A DNA stretch of 63,473 nucleotides, counting the filler, from Octopus bimaculoides (taxonomy: Eukaryota), in assembly GCF_001194135.2 (NCBI RefSeq). It is 8 parts of 7 records of this genome, joined end to end, with 100 filler letters (N's around TTAATTAATTAA, not from the genome) between each part and the next. Parts side by side here need not be neighbours in the genome. Positions count along the whole stretch, not along the records: positions 16,236 to 41,609 come from NC_068984.1; positions 41,710 to 49,286 come from NC_068985.1; positions 49,387 to 50,794 come from NW_026369128.1; 5 more parts are not named here. One strand, written 5' to 3'. Shown in pieces: positions 37,635-50,005 of the stretch. The notes beneath the pieces were generated by a model. The model was not told the DNA's origin and did no database searches. It saw only the letters and a list, made by a program, of their open reading frames with translations. Position 1 is the stretch's first letter, and each line of letters opens with the position of its first letter. Both the position numbers and the translations under genes were made by a program.

Positions 37635-37900
37635 CACTACAGCTGTGACATTAATATTCACATAACTACCAGTGTGTAACCATTAACCAAGACACATCAC
37701 TACTGATGAGTGATATTAATCAAGGTTTATCATAAACCTGATGTGTGATGTTAGCCAAGATTTACTGTGCTACCACAGTATGACATTAACTAATGTATAT
37801 ATCATAGCTGCTGTGTGACATTAACTAAGCTTCCTAGAGCTATCAGTGTGTGACATTAACCTAAGTTTAGTATACTACTGATATATGACATTATTGCTAT
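37635..37900. repeat. Diverged ~35-bp minisatellite
   Basis: About 7-8 recurrences of a GTGTGACATTAACCAAG-like motif. Confidence 0.7.
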
Positions 37901-38229
37901 CTCACAGTGCTATTGATCTGTTAAAATGCTAATCATTTAAAATGTCACATGAACATCTCTCTAATTCTTCACATTTTACTCTTACTGGACCAGGTGGTAC
38001 ATTGTAACCTTAAGCAAGGAACTCCATTTCATGTTGCTCCATTCTTTTCAGCTGAAATGAGTACCAGCCATGTGCTAGTGCAGCCCTTACTGCCTCCAGC
38101 TGTGACATCCTGATTATTCTGCTGGGTCAAAGGAGAGAGGGTTGAGCATGTGTCTATGTCTGTGTGGAGTACAGAGGCACTTAAAACAACTAACTAAAGC
38201 ATGGTATATGCTACTAAGTCATACTTGTT

Positions 38230-38512
38230 TGAAAGTGATTGTTGTTTGTTCCTTCTTGAGCCATGCCTGGCTCATAAGGGTTGGTTTCCTGGCTTCATTG
38301 GCATATAGGTTCCCCACCTGGATGGGACTCCAGTCTGTCACAGGTGAGCTGCTAGATGCAAGAGGAAAGAGTGGGAGAAAGTTGTGGCAAAAGAGTCAGC
38401 AGAAGTTTGCCATTACCTTCTGGAGCTTGGGTGTTTTGCCTGGTCTGAGATTTGAACCCATGATACCTCAACCGTGAGTCCACTGCTCTAACCACTAGGC
38501 CATGTGCTTCCA
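38230..38512 (-). mobile_element. SINE with a D-type head and a different 3' module
   Basis: TGGCCTAGTGGTTAGAGCAGTGGACTC head as in SINE-D; the 3' region does not match the 8133 tail. Confidence 0.65.
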
Positions 38513-39308
38513 CTTTGAAAGTGATGGTTATGGTTTTTTTATGCATAATTCCTTCTCAATCATTCGTTCATCAAGAAATGAAGCCAATACTAACTTCATA
38601 ATAAGAGATATTTATTATACTTGATCAGATGTATTGATACATAAATGAGTCTACTACTGGGCTGCAACTAATCTTCTGGTCCCACTGACAAGAGAAAATG
38701 AACTCAATAGAGTCTTACAACACCATTACAGCTTAGTGGTGAGTTATGTCTATTTTATGTTGCTGCTGTTTAAGCCATACATTAGCTTTAATTGAATAAA
38801 TCAATATTGAAAAGTAATCCTGCCGTGGCCATCTCAACTATTTTTCTAGGACTGTATCCTTTTGTAATATCAAAGTGTGGTTTGAGGGAGATTTGGCATC
38901 TATTTCTAGTAGAGTGGATGCCCAGAGGTTCTCTCCAAAGTTTTGTTATATAGATTATCTCTGTAGCGCTGGAGTCACGAAAATGCACCTAGAACACTCT
39001 GTAAAGTAGTTGGGGTTAGGAAGGGTGTATAGCTATAAAAATCAAACCAAAACTGAAATGCACTCGTGAGATGTGGCCCTCTGACCTGCCTATGTGAGCA
39101 ATACCTCCGAATGTGTGATTCCGACTGTGGCAACTCATCCAATACATGCCAGCATGGAAAGTGGGCATAAAAGAATAATGATGAGAAAGAAGATAATGAT
39201 ATACACACAAACTCCCCACCCCAAATATATATAAACACACGTGCATTTGTGAGAATGTACGCATGTATGTGAACATACACACACACATGTACATGTGTGA
39301 GTGTATGC

Positions 39309-39346
<38 letters not shown>

Positions 39347-39529
39347 TTCTCAAGAGGGGAAAAATTCTTTTCTTCACTTCAGTGCCCAAATATTTCTAAA
39401 TATATTTCTACAGCCATACAGAATATTTTTCTTACACAACCTAATTTAAAAATAAAATAAAAATAAAAATGGAATAAAAAATAATTAATTCCAACCTTTG
39501 TCCCCCCACCCCTGAATATATTTTATCAA

Positions 39530-39745
39530 CGAGGGAGCTCCTCTACGCGGTCGCTCAGTCAGCTAGATATAGCAGTCAAACCTCCCTCAATCACAAATTA
39601 TTGTCGTCGTCGACGAGAGAGAGAGATAGAGAGATATGTATGGTAAATTGTAGACCGATATACAAAAATGGAAGATAGTGAAAACTGGAACCCTTTGATC
39701 ATAGGTTTGTTAGATCAGGACTTACCTGGGGCTATTTAGCATCTT
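39530..39745. repeat. Abundant old interspersed repeat, class unresolved (family H)
   Basis: GAGGGAGATTTGGCTGCTATTTCTAGC..GACCACGTAGAGG-like motif; other copies near 4740-4960, 9605-9730, 17740-17890, 21800-21895, 23290-23620, 26640-26720, 27120-27305, 28500-28925, 38820-38940, 40230-40360. Confidence 0.7.
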
Positions 39746-40589
39746 TATCAACAACTCTCTCAAGAATCATGCTAGCGATATATTTCTCAAAACTCATTAA
39801 ACAGTATGGAAAGTCTCATTTCAGATTAATGAGGGTACCTCTCCGTATACATTTTGGCAGTGTCAAGTTTTGATTACAAATGTTAACATGGAACAAAGAG
39901 AGACTGTCCGGTTAAACTAGAGATGGTCTGTGGTTGGGAGAGGAAATAAAATTTATGAAAATAATTTTAAGTTAGTGACAGTTAAAGGAGAGAAAGACAG
40001 TAGGGACATTTTTTACCCAGGGTCCATCACATCAAAACACCTCCTGGCGTGACACTAACTTCATGCTTCATGAATCTTATTTGAATTCTAAAACTTTGCT
40101 TTTCGTATAGAGGAGAAAAAGAGCTTATTTCACAATGCAGTTAATATATGCATGTGTATGACTTCCACCCCCAAACGTGTTTTAATCAACTACAATGAAA
40201 ACTAGAAGCGAAAACACCAAAAACCCTCTACGATTTACTGGAAAATAGCAATCAAATATCCCTAAAATGACACATTGCTATCTTGAAGAGCATATTGAAT
40301 AACAAGATAGAATGTCCTTTCATCATAAGTATAACATAATCAAGGTTTGCCTGGGGCTAAACAATAGAAAACTAGTAAACATTTATTAAAAAGTTCGTAT
40401 GTTGTGAGAAGAGAGATTATGCTTTGTTGCAAGCAACTTTCGTGGCACACGAACTTAAACTTATTTTAGGAATTCTTTAAATAATACGTAGATAAATAAA
40501 TAATAATCGAAAACACATTAATAAAACGCCATTTAAAATATCTAAACAGAAAATAAACAAAAATATAACAACCGCGAAAATAACCGTTT

Positions 40590-40679
40590 CGTAAAGTGTC
40601 GGTCATTGTCGCCGTTTTAGTCTTCTGAGGTCTAAGTGAAGCAGACGACCGTAGGATCACAGTCGTTCCAGCAGTGAGT
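40590..40679 (+). promoter_or_regulatory. CpG-rich unique segment with a consensus splice donor; candidate first exon or promoter
   Basis: CAGCA|GTGAGT at 40673/40674; the opposite strand reads AAAACGGCGACAATG; lies near the edge of a CpG-depleted domain. Confidence 0.35.
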
Positions 40680-41526
40680 ATCCTGATTTTCTTTGTCTTT
40701 TTTCAATACCTAATTTACCTAGGATTACATTATCGAAAGTATCCTCTTTAAAAGGTGTTAGGATGTCATTTGAGAGACAGTTTCTATTTTAGCACATTTA
40801 AGTGACTAATAGTTTAACTACAGTTCAACACTGGTCAAGTAAACCTGTGATACCATGTGTACCAACAGGAATTACCAGAATTTTTTTTTTAATTCAGACA
40901 CAGTATATCAAAGACGACAATTTACAATGTAACCTTATATCTAAAAAATATTTTGTCCATTTTGAAGACAATAGGTATGTGGCATGAGTAAAAAAATTCA
41001 ACTGTTTAGCTACTATTTCTAACAGCCATGGAGACATTCTCCATCAATTATCTGGAAGTGTAAGAAAGATGGAGTTTGATAAAAAGCTGTTTGTTGATAG
41101 AGTATGTGAGAAGAGTAAGGTATTCAACAGGAGACTCGTCTTGGCAGCTACTGTTAGCAACAAATGAATACACATATTGAATACCGTTCATTGAAAGACT
41201 TCAACCCACTGACAGACACACCGACCAGCCAGCCAGCCAGCCATTCTGAAAACTTCGTCTTCTAATGTTAAAGCAGACATACATTCCGTCTGGCCCTGTT
41301 TATTGTTGTTGTTTATTATTTCATTCTGTTTCAAAGCTTTTCGTCTACACATTTTTGATTTCCACCTAAACTTCTCTCTCTCTATATATATATATATGTA
41401 TATATATATATAATATAAATGTGTGTGTGGTGTATATATAGAACAAAGTTATATAAGTTTATAGACATATAAACACACACACGTCTCTCTCTCTCTCTCT
41501 GTCTATATATATATATATATATATAT

Positions 41527-41609
41527 ACTCTTTTACTCGTTTCAGTCATTTGACTGAGGCCATGCTGGAGCACCGCCTTTAGTCGAGCAAATTGACCCCA
41601 GGACTTATT
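41527..41609 (-). mobile_element. SINE-B 3' tail running into a gap
   Basis: CTCTTTTACTCGTTTCAGTCATTTGACTGAGGCCATGCTGGAGCACC; a near-identical tail is at 59556-59638. Confidence 0.85.
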
Positions 41610-41709
41610 NNNNNNNNNNNNNNNNNNNNNNNNNNNNNNNNNNNNNNNNNNNNTTAATTAATTAANNNNNNNNNNNNNNNNNNNNNNNNNNNNNNNNNNN
41701 NNNNNNNNN

Positions 41710-42930
41710 CCTTCAGCAACATCTTTTAACCACCAAGTGTCGAAGTGCATCCCTTGACCAAGTTTACATACATGAGGCTGATAACATCGTAAGATTTGGA
41801 AGGCAGCTCCTTGAGCAACACTCTTTGTCTGAAAACCTAGAATACATGCCCAAAGAAGTCACACAACTCTTCTGCAATGTATCATCAGAGGAAAGGATGA
41901 GCCTATATGAGCAGAAGACTATGCATGGATATGTTAGTAGAAAGCTCCGTGATGATTGTAAGATCGATCATCAAAGCAGTTTATCATGGACCAATAGCCG
42001 GATTACTACGTCCCACTTTGATGGGTATGCATTTGCAATCCAGGAACAGGAAATATCAACCAAGTACCTGATGCACAAAAGGGATAGAGATGCGGGAAAA
42101 GCCGTAAAATGTGACAACTGATGCAGACTTTATAGGGCTAACACCGAAGATATCACCCGCATCATAAGCAGTTGTCCTAAAATGTTATCATGGTAATATC
42201 TACCGATGAGACATGATGCTGTAGCTAGGACACTCTATAATGAAATCTGTCGGAAAGATAATCCCTAGGACAAAGAAATAAAAACCCACAATATGGTAGA
42301 AGTCATAGCCGCTCATGATAAAATTATTGGTAGAATGTGTCAGTGAAGACCTCAAAAAATGTAAGCACAACAAACCTGATAGAATGATTTGGGATTGAGA
42401 AGAGAAACAGTTGTGGAAATTTGCTGCCCAGCTGATGTTAACATAAAACTGAAAATCAGTGTAAAAAAGAGAATACTCATGTTGAACTATTGAGAAATCT
42501 GCAGTCACTCTATCCACATTACTTACAAGTTCAAGTCTATACCTGTAATTATTGGGTCCTGAGGTATGTAACACACTGCTTAAATATGAATCTTGAGAAA
42601 TTAGGCTTCTCAAAACCAGAAAGGAGAAAGCTAATTCGAAGACTACAGATCCAATCCATCACTAGAACTGTAAAAATCTGTAAAACTTTCCAGAAGTTTA
42701 TCATTTAAATATATATGAGGATGTCTAGATATGTAACTATATGCATGAGACTGCATACATAAAACAAAACATACAAATCTGCATGTATACACACATACAC
42801 ACATACACACATACATATATACAAAAAATACCCTGTTGTTGATGTAGAAATTCCAATGAAGGAGACTTGGATCTAAGTTAGAAGCCGGCTCTTTCTCTAT
42901 TGACAAGAAATCTTGAAATAAACTGAACAA
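41710..42930 (+). mobile_element. R4/Dong-like non-LTR retrotransposon 3' portion (CCHC finger and restriction-like endonuclease), degraded
   Basis: FAIQEQEISTKY, C(R>*)CRLY..EDITRIISSC, RHDAVARTLY, HNKPD.MIWD..VEICCPAD, LIRRLQIQSITRTVKICKTF; the 5' end runs into a gap. Confidence 0.85.
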
Positions 42931-43415
42931 ACATACACACACACGCATACATGTACAAGTATATGTGCGCGCGCGCGTGTGTGTGTGTGTATTTAATCTG
43001 TTTCTGTTCGTCGTTATTTGCACTAGTGTGTTCGATCGGATGGACGCACAGATGTGTGAAACTCGGAGTACTAGCATTAATTCATCTCATTTGAACAAGC
43101 AGATAAATTCTATGCATTGAGTAAACGTAAATCTGATTTAGTTTATATCTACAGACAAATGCAATCTTCTGCGAAAGACGGTCGGTTGTTTAAAGTCACA
43201 AATAATGTGTTTGAAATGCAAGTAACTTCATGTGCACAAACAAATGCTCACACATAGACACATATCAACATATATGCAAATTATATTTTACATTGTTTTT
43301 CCTTCATACTTTTGAAAAAGTAGACCAAGAATTTCGACACAGCCGTGCTTTATAAAAGCAATGCAGAAGACCATGTGTACATTCACCTATTCACCCGACC
43401 GTTTTCGTTTAATAG

Positions 43416-43463
43416 ATTCTTCTCGCTTGCCACGACGTTTTCTGTTTAGTAAAGAGAATTTGG
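43416..43463 (+). CDS. Candidate 48-nt exon
   Basis: TTTTCGTTTAATAG acceptor, TGG|GTAAGT donor, two open frames (SSRLPRRFLFSKENL; ILLACHDVFCLVKRIW). Confidence 0.2.
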
Positions 43464-43810
43464 GTAAGTGCCATGCAATTCACTAATGGCAGTTCACTAT
43501 TTCTAATGACTTCAACTAAATCATGACTTTAATACGACAGCCTCGTTTTACTGATTTAAATCGACTGCCATTATTTTCACTACTTTTAATGCGTACCATT
43601 TTCCCAGACAACACGTGTACATAATTGCAACCCATTTCAATTTGATTGCAGATTTAAATTTTACCAACAGCGTCATAAATGTGCAAGCAAAAGGCATTGC
43701 TATCATAATTTCCCGTTTCATTTTCCCCAACAAAACCAACTTTACGAATATACGAGAAATACACACGCACACACTTTTATAGAAAGAAAGAAAGATAGAT
43801 AGATAGATAA

Positions 43811-43849
<39 letters not shown>

Positions 43850-44020
43850 TTCTCATATTGTCATTGCTTCATACGTAGCATACATAATAAGCAAGAAGTC
43901 ACGGAATGGGCTCGTGGTGTCAAGGTTTTAAGATCGTTTCTTGATGCCAAATTCAAGTGATATAAGTTGAGATGATAAGAAAAGAATGAATAAACGAAGA
44001 ATTCCAGATTATAAATACAT

Positions 44021-44026
44021 TTTATT
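44021..44026 (-). terminator. Candidate poly(A) signal for the 44830-45105 exon
   Basis: AATAAA on the minus strand ~800 nt after the stop; one of several possible signals. Confidence 0.3.
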
Positions 44027-44181
44027 GTCAAATTCCGTTTTTAGTACAAGACTCAATTTAGAATCCTGGAAATTCAAAATACAGAAAAGCCATTATATCA
44101 ATTATCTAGGCTGGAACACCCATACATTCATACATTTACATTATACACGTGTGAACATATAATATACATGCATATACATAC

Positions 44182-44221
<40 letters not shown>

Positions 44222-44829
44222 ATATACGTGTGACTGAGTAAATCTTCGTCTCAGAGAAATCGAGATTTCGTGAAATGGAATGTGTGCGGAAGTGTTTATA
44301 AAATCAACACACAGGACACATTTGTAATCGTACCGTTAAGTGTGTATCGAGACGTATAGAAGTAGACTAGTTTGCCAGTGAACATCACTCGAATATTCAA
44401 CACACTCACACACATACACGCTCAAAAATCGCTTTCAGTAATTCACATGCGCACGCATCAATATTTGAACTCTGTGTTTTTATCTGTTTTAAGAGTTTCC
44501 GTAGGTCTTCGTCTATGTCTGTGTATGTATATATGTGAATATATATACCGAGAAGAGGTTATATGTTTTGTCATTGTATGTGTATGGTGTGTTGGTTGAT
44601 ACGTCTTCCTTTGTTTGGTGACAGAATAGAGAAGGAAGCGATACACGCAAAAGAGAGACAAACTGACAAACAGATTGATGATATTTTCGTTCATTTTCTA
44701 ACGAATATTAAATTAGTTCCAAATTCGAGTAACTGTACCCCATTGTGGACAGTCATCCGAATATGATAATGGCTGCTTTACAGTCCACGTAGCAAGCTTT
44801 TGCTAGCTGGCTATTTGCATCTTCATTCG

Positions 44830-45105
44830 TCATTGAGGTGGTTGTGGTGATGAAAAAGATGATGGTGATGGTGACGATGAGAAGGACGACGACGAAGGAG
44901 ACGACGATGCTGACGACGAAGACGCTGCTCCGTTGGCCGGAAGGCCAGCATCGACACTTGAACGCGGTTTCTGTAATTTTTCGCCTATTTGCCGAATATG
45001 CTCGCTGTTTTGGGCGAGGATTTCTTGTTGCCGTTTCTGTTTTCGCCTGGCTGCTGCCAGCTTTTGGCCTTGATATTGGTGCATGTTTAAAGTTTCCAGA
45101 AGATC
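44830..45105 (-). CDS. Terminal coding exon of an unidentified protein (91 aa; basic/coiled-coil-like segment, then Ser/Pro-rich tail)
   Basis: Acceptor TTTCTTCATCTATCTCTTGCAG|GAT; DLLETLNMHQYQGQKLAAARRKQKRQQEILAQNSEHIRQIGEKLQKPRSS...PQPPQ*; GC-richer, non-repetitive, phase 0. Confidence 0.7.
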   Translation of the reverse strand, partial: DLLETLNMHQYQGQKLAAARRKQKRQQEILAQNSEHIRQIGEKLQKPRSSVDAGLPANGAASSSSASSSPSSSSFSSSPSPSSFSSPQPPQ

Positions 45106-45256
45106 CTGCAAGAGATAGATGAAGAAATTTAATACAATAGAATGCAAGTGACCGATTTGGATGCGGTTGTACTGATTAAGGAAGGAAAACATATATTATT
45201 TCGCTAATATGTGCATATTATTAAGCAGATGCTAACGCAGTCACAGGAACAGACAC

Positions 45257-45315
<59 letters not shown>

Positions 45316-45760
45316 TATACATAACATTTTTACTATGTTATGTTATTGTAGTTTTACTGTATATATTTTTTACTAGAATTATTTTTCATCGTAATTTTCT
45401 GTGGCATATTTACACAAGCAACAGTAATTTGATCTACAATTTTCAGAAACGTTGATGATGTAATTATTTCTCTGCTACATTAATTTAAATTAATTGAATT
45501 ACAATAATTAATATTTATGTAATTATTAATTGATTAGCAGTGTCAAAACAACTATACACAAAATGAAAATTTTGCAATATCAATGAGATCGTTTGTTTTC
45601 TATTCGTCCCCAAATTTTGGTGTGGACATTCATTTAAACAACTTCAAACTTTGAGCAATATTACACCATTTGTTACTTTTGCACTGAGGTAGTAATAGAT
45701 TGGAACTTAAACGATATGTTAATGAAATAGGCTCTAGAATTCTCCGGATATAATCTTTTG

Positions 45761-45797
<37 letters not shown>

Positions 45798-46409
45798 NNN
45801 NNNNNNNTATATATATATATATATCAACACGTTCACGCATGACGCCCGATATTTCTAAACGACTTTGCTTAAGTTCTATGCCGTATGGGGATCACTGTTT
45901 TCTTTGAAACGTCGAAAATATTTGGGGGATTGCAAAAGCGCAAGAAATTCAGATACGTATAGATATGTATGGCTACAATTTCAATGGTGCAGTAAAGCAA
46001 TTTTATGACTCAGGATTGTTTCAGAGTCCAGGCAAACTATCATACAGCCTATTCCCAGTGAAAGGGTAGTCAACAATAGTAAAGAACCGGGCGATACACT
46101 TTAACCGAAACCCGCCCAAACCAATGGATCCAGTAGTCGAAGAAGGGTTTTTAATATGACAGCCACCTTTTCTGAAGTTAGTACTGTTATCAAAATATTG
46201 ATATCTAAAACTGGAAATCTCTAGTACTCACTAAAATACCGGAGGGTGCTTACTGCTACCCAAGAACACTTTATCACTATATGGCAGAGGTGGAGAATCA
46301 GAAATATAGATTCTGAGATTGAAAGATTGCAAACATCGTGAAAAACTAATAAGACAAATCTGTTGCCTAATAGTAAGTGCACAACACTCTTGTCTCTTGT
46401 TGGGATAAT

Positions 46410-47280
46410 NNNNNNNNNNNNNNNNNNNNNNNNNNNNNNNNNNNNNNNNNNNNNNNNNNNNNNNNNNNNNNNNNNNNNNNNNNNNNNNNNNNNNNNNNNN
46501 NNNNNNNNNNNNNNNNNNNNNNNNNNNNNNNNNNNNNNNNNNNNNNNNNNNNNNNNNNNNNNNNNNNNNNNNNNNNNNNNNNNNNNNNNNNNNNNNNNNN
46601 NNNNNNNNNNNNNNNNNNNNNNNNNNNNNNNNNNNNNNNNNNNNNNNNNNNNNNNNNNNNNNNNNNNNNNNNNNNNNNNNNNNNNNNNNNNNNNNNNNNN
46701 NNNNNNNNNNNNNNNNNNNNNNNNNNNNNNNNNNNNNNNNNNNNNNNNNNNNNNNNNNNNNNNNNNNNNNNNNNNNNNNNNNNNNNNNNNNNNNNNNNNN
46801 NNNNNNNNNNNNNNNNNNNNNNNNNNNNNNNNNNNNNNNNNNNNNNNNNNNNNNNNNNNNNNNNNNNNNNNNNNNNNNNNNNNNNNNNNNNNNNNNNNNN
46901 NNNNNNNNNNNNNNNNNNNNNNNNNNNNNNNNNNNNNNNNNNNNNNNNNNNNNNNNNNNNNNNNNNNNNNNNNNNNNNNNNNNNNNNNNNNNNNNNNNNN
47001 NNNNNNNNNNNNNNNNNNNNNNNNNNNNNNNNNNNNNNNNNNNNNNNNNNNNNNNNNNNNNNNNNNNNNNNNNNNNNNNNNNNNNNNNNNNNNNNNNNNN
47101 NNNNNNNNNNNNNNNNNNNNNNNNNNNNNNNNNNNNNNNNNNNNNNNNNNNNNNNNNNNNNNNNNNNNNNNNNNNNNNNNNNNNNNNNNNNNNNNNNNNN
47201 NNNNNNNNNNNNNNNNNNNNNNNNNNNNNNNNNNNNNNNNNNNNNNNNNNNNNNNNNNNNNNNNNNNNNNNNNNNNNNNN
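46410..47280. other. Large assembly gap
   Basis: About 870 N; could hide upstream exons of the 45105 gene. Confidence 0.99.
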
Positions 47281-47879
47281 NATATATAATATATGATATA
47301 TATATGGATATATATAAATGTTGAAAGGTCTCAGTTCAATTTATAGCTTTACAGCTTAAAAGAAGAGCCAAGACGGAAGACATAATTTATTATAATCGAA
47401 GATGTCATGGTTCTGAGAACGAGGTAGAAATTTTTAAAGATTCTATCAGCAACGAGATTATTTTACTTGCTTGAGAAGAAATTGTCTTGTCTTTGGCACT
47501 ATAATATATTAATATATTAATTTGTTTTCCTTTCCTTCTATGGCAGATGCTTTTGGCCTCCTCATTTACGATGTTGTCTTTAATTACTCTGCCCCTCTTC
47601 CTTTTATGTACTTATTTTATGTGGTTTTACACATTTTTTCTTTAGTGGGTTTACATATATTATGTATATGGGTGAAGTTGAAAGAAGTTATGTCTTTCGC
47701 TTGTGATGACTAAAGAGAGATGATGTCTTTGTAACAACTTATGTAGCCACAACCATCGTGCATAGGAAATGCAATCAAAATATCAATAAGAGTTCTTTAT
47801 TATATATATGAAGGGGAATTATGTATGCAGGTATACACGTAAGTCAAATGAGAGCGATAGACGAACGCAGACATTACTA

Positions 47880-48425
47880 CATTGGACATACATACATACA
47901 GACAGACAGACAGCCATACATACAGACAGACATACATACATACAGGCATATATACATGCATACCAACATACATACATGCATGCATACAAAGATACATGCA
48001 TACATAATACATACATACATGCAGGCATACATGCATGCACACATACATACATACATACATACGTACATACATACATAAACGCACATACATGCATACATAA
48101 TGCATACATAATGCATACATACATACATGCATACATACATACATACATACATACATACATAATACAAACATACATGCATACATACATACATAATACATAC
48201 TTACATGCAGGCATGTAAGGAGCAACAACAACGACATGCATGCATACATCCACACATAAACACACATACATGCATACATACATACAAGCATACATACATA
48301 AATAATGCATAGATACAAGCATAGATGCACACACATTCATACATACACATATATACGTACATACATACATACATACGTACATACATACATACATACATAC
48401 ATACATACATACGTACATACATATA
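47880..48425. repeat. Complex degenerate (TACA/TGCA)n satellite
   Basis: About 550 bp of ACAT/GCAT variants; source of the YMYV/HTYI ORFs. Confidence 0.97.
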
Positions 48426-48717
48426 GTTCATACACGAGATCGAAATATTCTCCGTATAGAAGACAATGCTCAACAGATTTAAACACACACACACAAAAAA
48501 AACCACACACACACAAAAAAACCACACACACACACAAAAACCACACACACACACAAAGAAACACACACACACACATATATAGACATATATCTAATACACT
48601 GTAAAGTGGTTAGTGTTAGGAAGGCTGTCCATATGTAGAAACCATTTCAAAACAGATAATGGGGCCTGGTACAGCTCTCAACCTTGCCATAATGCACACC
48701 AAAATTTATATATATAC

Positions 48718-48748
<31 letters not shown>

Positions 48749-48774
48749 ACAACTTAGGTAAACTTAGCTATGTT

Positions 48775-49148
48775 TCAATCAAAGATTGGTCCAGGCCATG
48801 TCTAACTTAATAGCACCACCTGATAGGATTATCTAAATACTTTTTACAGTCAAGTTTTGTTCATTCAAATAGTGAGTTCTTGTTGGGTGAGTTGTATCCA
48901 GGTATGGGTGGCTTATCCGGTATTCCTTGAAGAAATCTGTCCAGATTCTATTTAAAGGTGATGGGATCCTTTTCCTCTTTGATAAGTTTTGGGACAATGT
49001 TAAAGAAGGCAGGGCCTGTTGAGGAAAAGAAATTGTGTCGCAGTTTACCTATATGTTGTGATCCTGAATTGGGCAGGGGACGTATGGCCCGTGGTCCCAG
49101 CCTTGGATGAAGCCTGACACTTCAGGTCGTTTGTACAATGCCGGCGGT
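48775..49148 (-). mobile_element. Second CR1-like 3' fragment, same group as 10580
   Basis: LRHNFFSSTGPAFFNIVPK..FK*NLDRFLQGIPDKPPIPGY; shares the 3' UTR motif GCCATGTCTAA(C/T)TTAATAGCACCACCTG. Confidence 0.85.
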
Positions 49149-49250
49149 GTATGTATGCATGTATGTATGTATGTATGTATGTATGTATGTATGTATGTAT
49201 GTATGTATGCATGTATGTATGTATGTATGTATGCATGTATGTATGTATGT

Positions 49251-49283
<33 letters not shown>

Positions 49284-49429
49284 TATNNNNNNNNNNNNNN
49301 NNNNNNNNNNNNNNNNNNNNNNNNNNNNNNTTAATTAATTAANNNNNNNNNNNNNNNNNNNNNNNNNNNNNNNNNNNNNNNNNNNNTCTCTCTCTCTCTC
49401 TCATACACACGAACACACACACTCACACA

Positions 49430-49680
49430 CAAAATAGAAAGTGAAGCTTTTTGCGGTTGTTACGTCAATACCGGAAGTTGACATTGAGGAACCTTTTTAA
49501 AGAAGTGAATCTTAAATTTAAAGCAATATTATTTATTTTTAATTAAAAAAATCAAATGAAGAGCCTAAGATTTATCCGAGGTCAAATTATTCATGCATTA
49601 CAAGTATGGAAGCATTTGGTGAAGTCGATTTCACGTGAAAAGCGATTACACACACATCTCTGTTTTATATATAGTATAGA
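49430..49680 (-). mobile_element. Helitron-like 5' end
   Basis: A|TCTATACTATATATAAAACAGAGATGTGTGTG resembles the 2692 terminus; the 3' end is not seen before the gap. Confidence 0.45.
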
Positions 49681-49789
49681 TATAGATATAGATATAGATA
49701 TAGATATAGATAGATATAGATATAGATAGATATATATATATCTGCATCTATATACATATACATATATTCATATACAGATATATACACAA

Positions 49790-50005
49790 ACCCTGCAGCA
49801 CTCTTTCTCTTACTATTTCTTCCTGTTGTACCTGCATTTCAAAGGGCTAGCCTTGTGACACTGTGTCACGTTGAATCTCCTTGAGAACTATGTTAAGGGT
49901 ACATGTGTCTGTGGAGTGCTCAACCACATGCACGTTAATTTCACAAGCAGGCTGTTCCGTTGATCGGATCAACTGGAACCCTCATTGTAACAGACGGAGT
50001 GCTGT
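49790..50005 (+). mobile_element. SINE-D 3' part
   Basis: CAAAGGGCTAGCCTTGTGACAC...GTTGATCGGATCAACTGGAACCCTC. Confidence 0.85.

Noticed and set aside
45685-45694. let-7-like TGAGGTAGTA
   Set aside because: Only 10 nt match and there is no complementary hairpin arm; other miRNA seed-like matches failed the same way.
46000-46400. Possible CR1-type endonuclease remnant
   Set aside because: Only faint motif resemblance with many stops; not supportable without a search.
46363-47324. 308- and 315-aa ORFs
   Set aside because: Almost entirely N.
47800-48604. Long YVCM/HTYI ORFs, and similar CVCV, IYIY and poly-amino-acid ORFs elsewhere
   Set aside because: Translations of microsatellites that lack stop codons.
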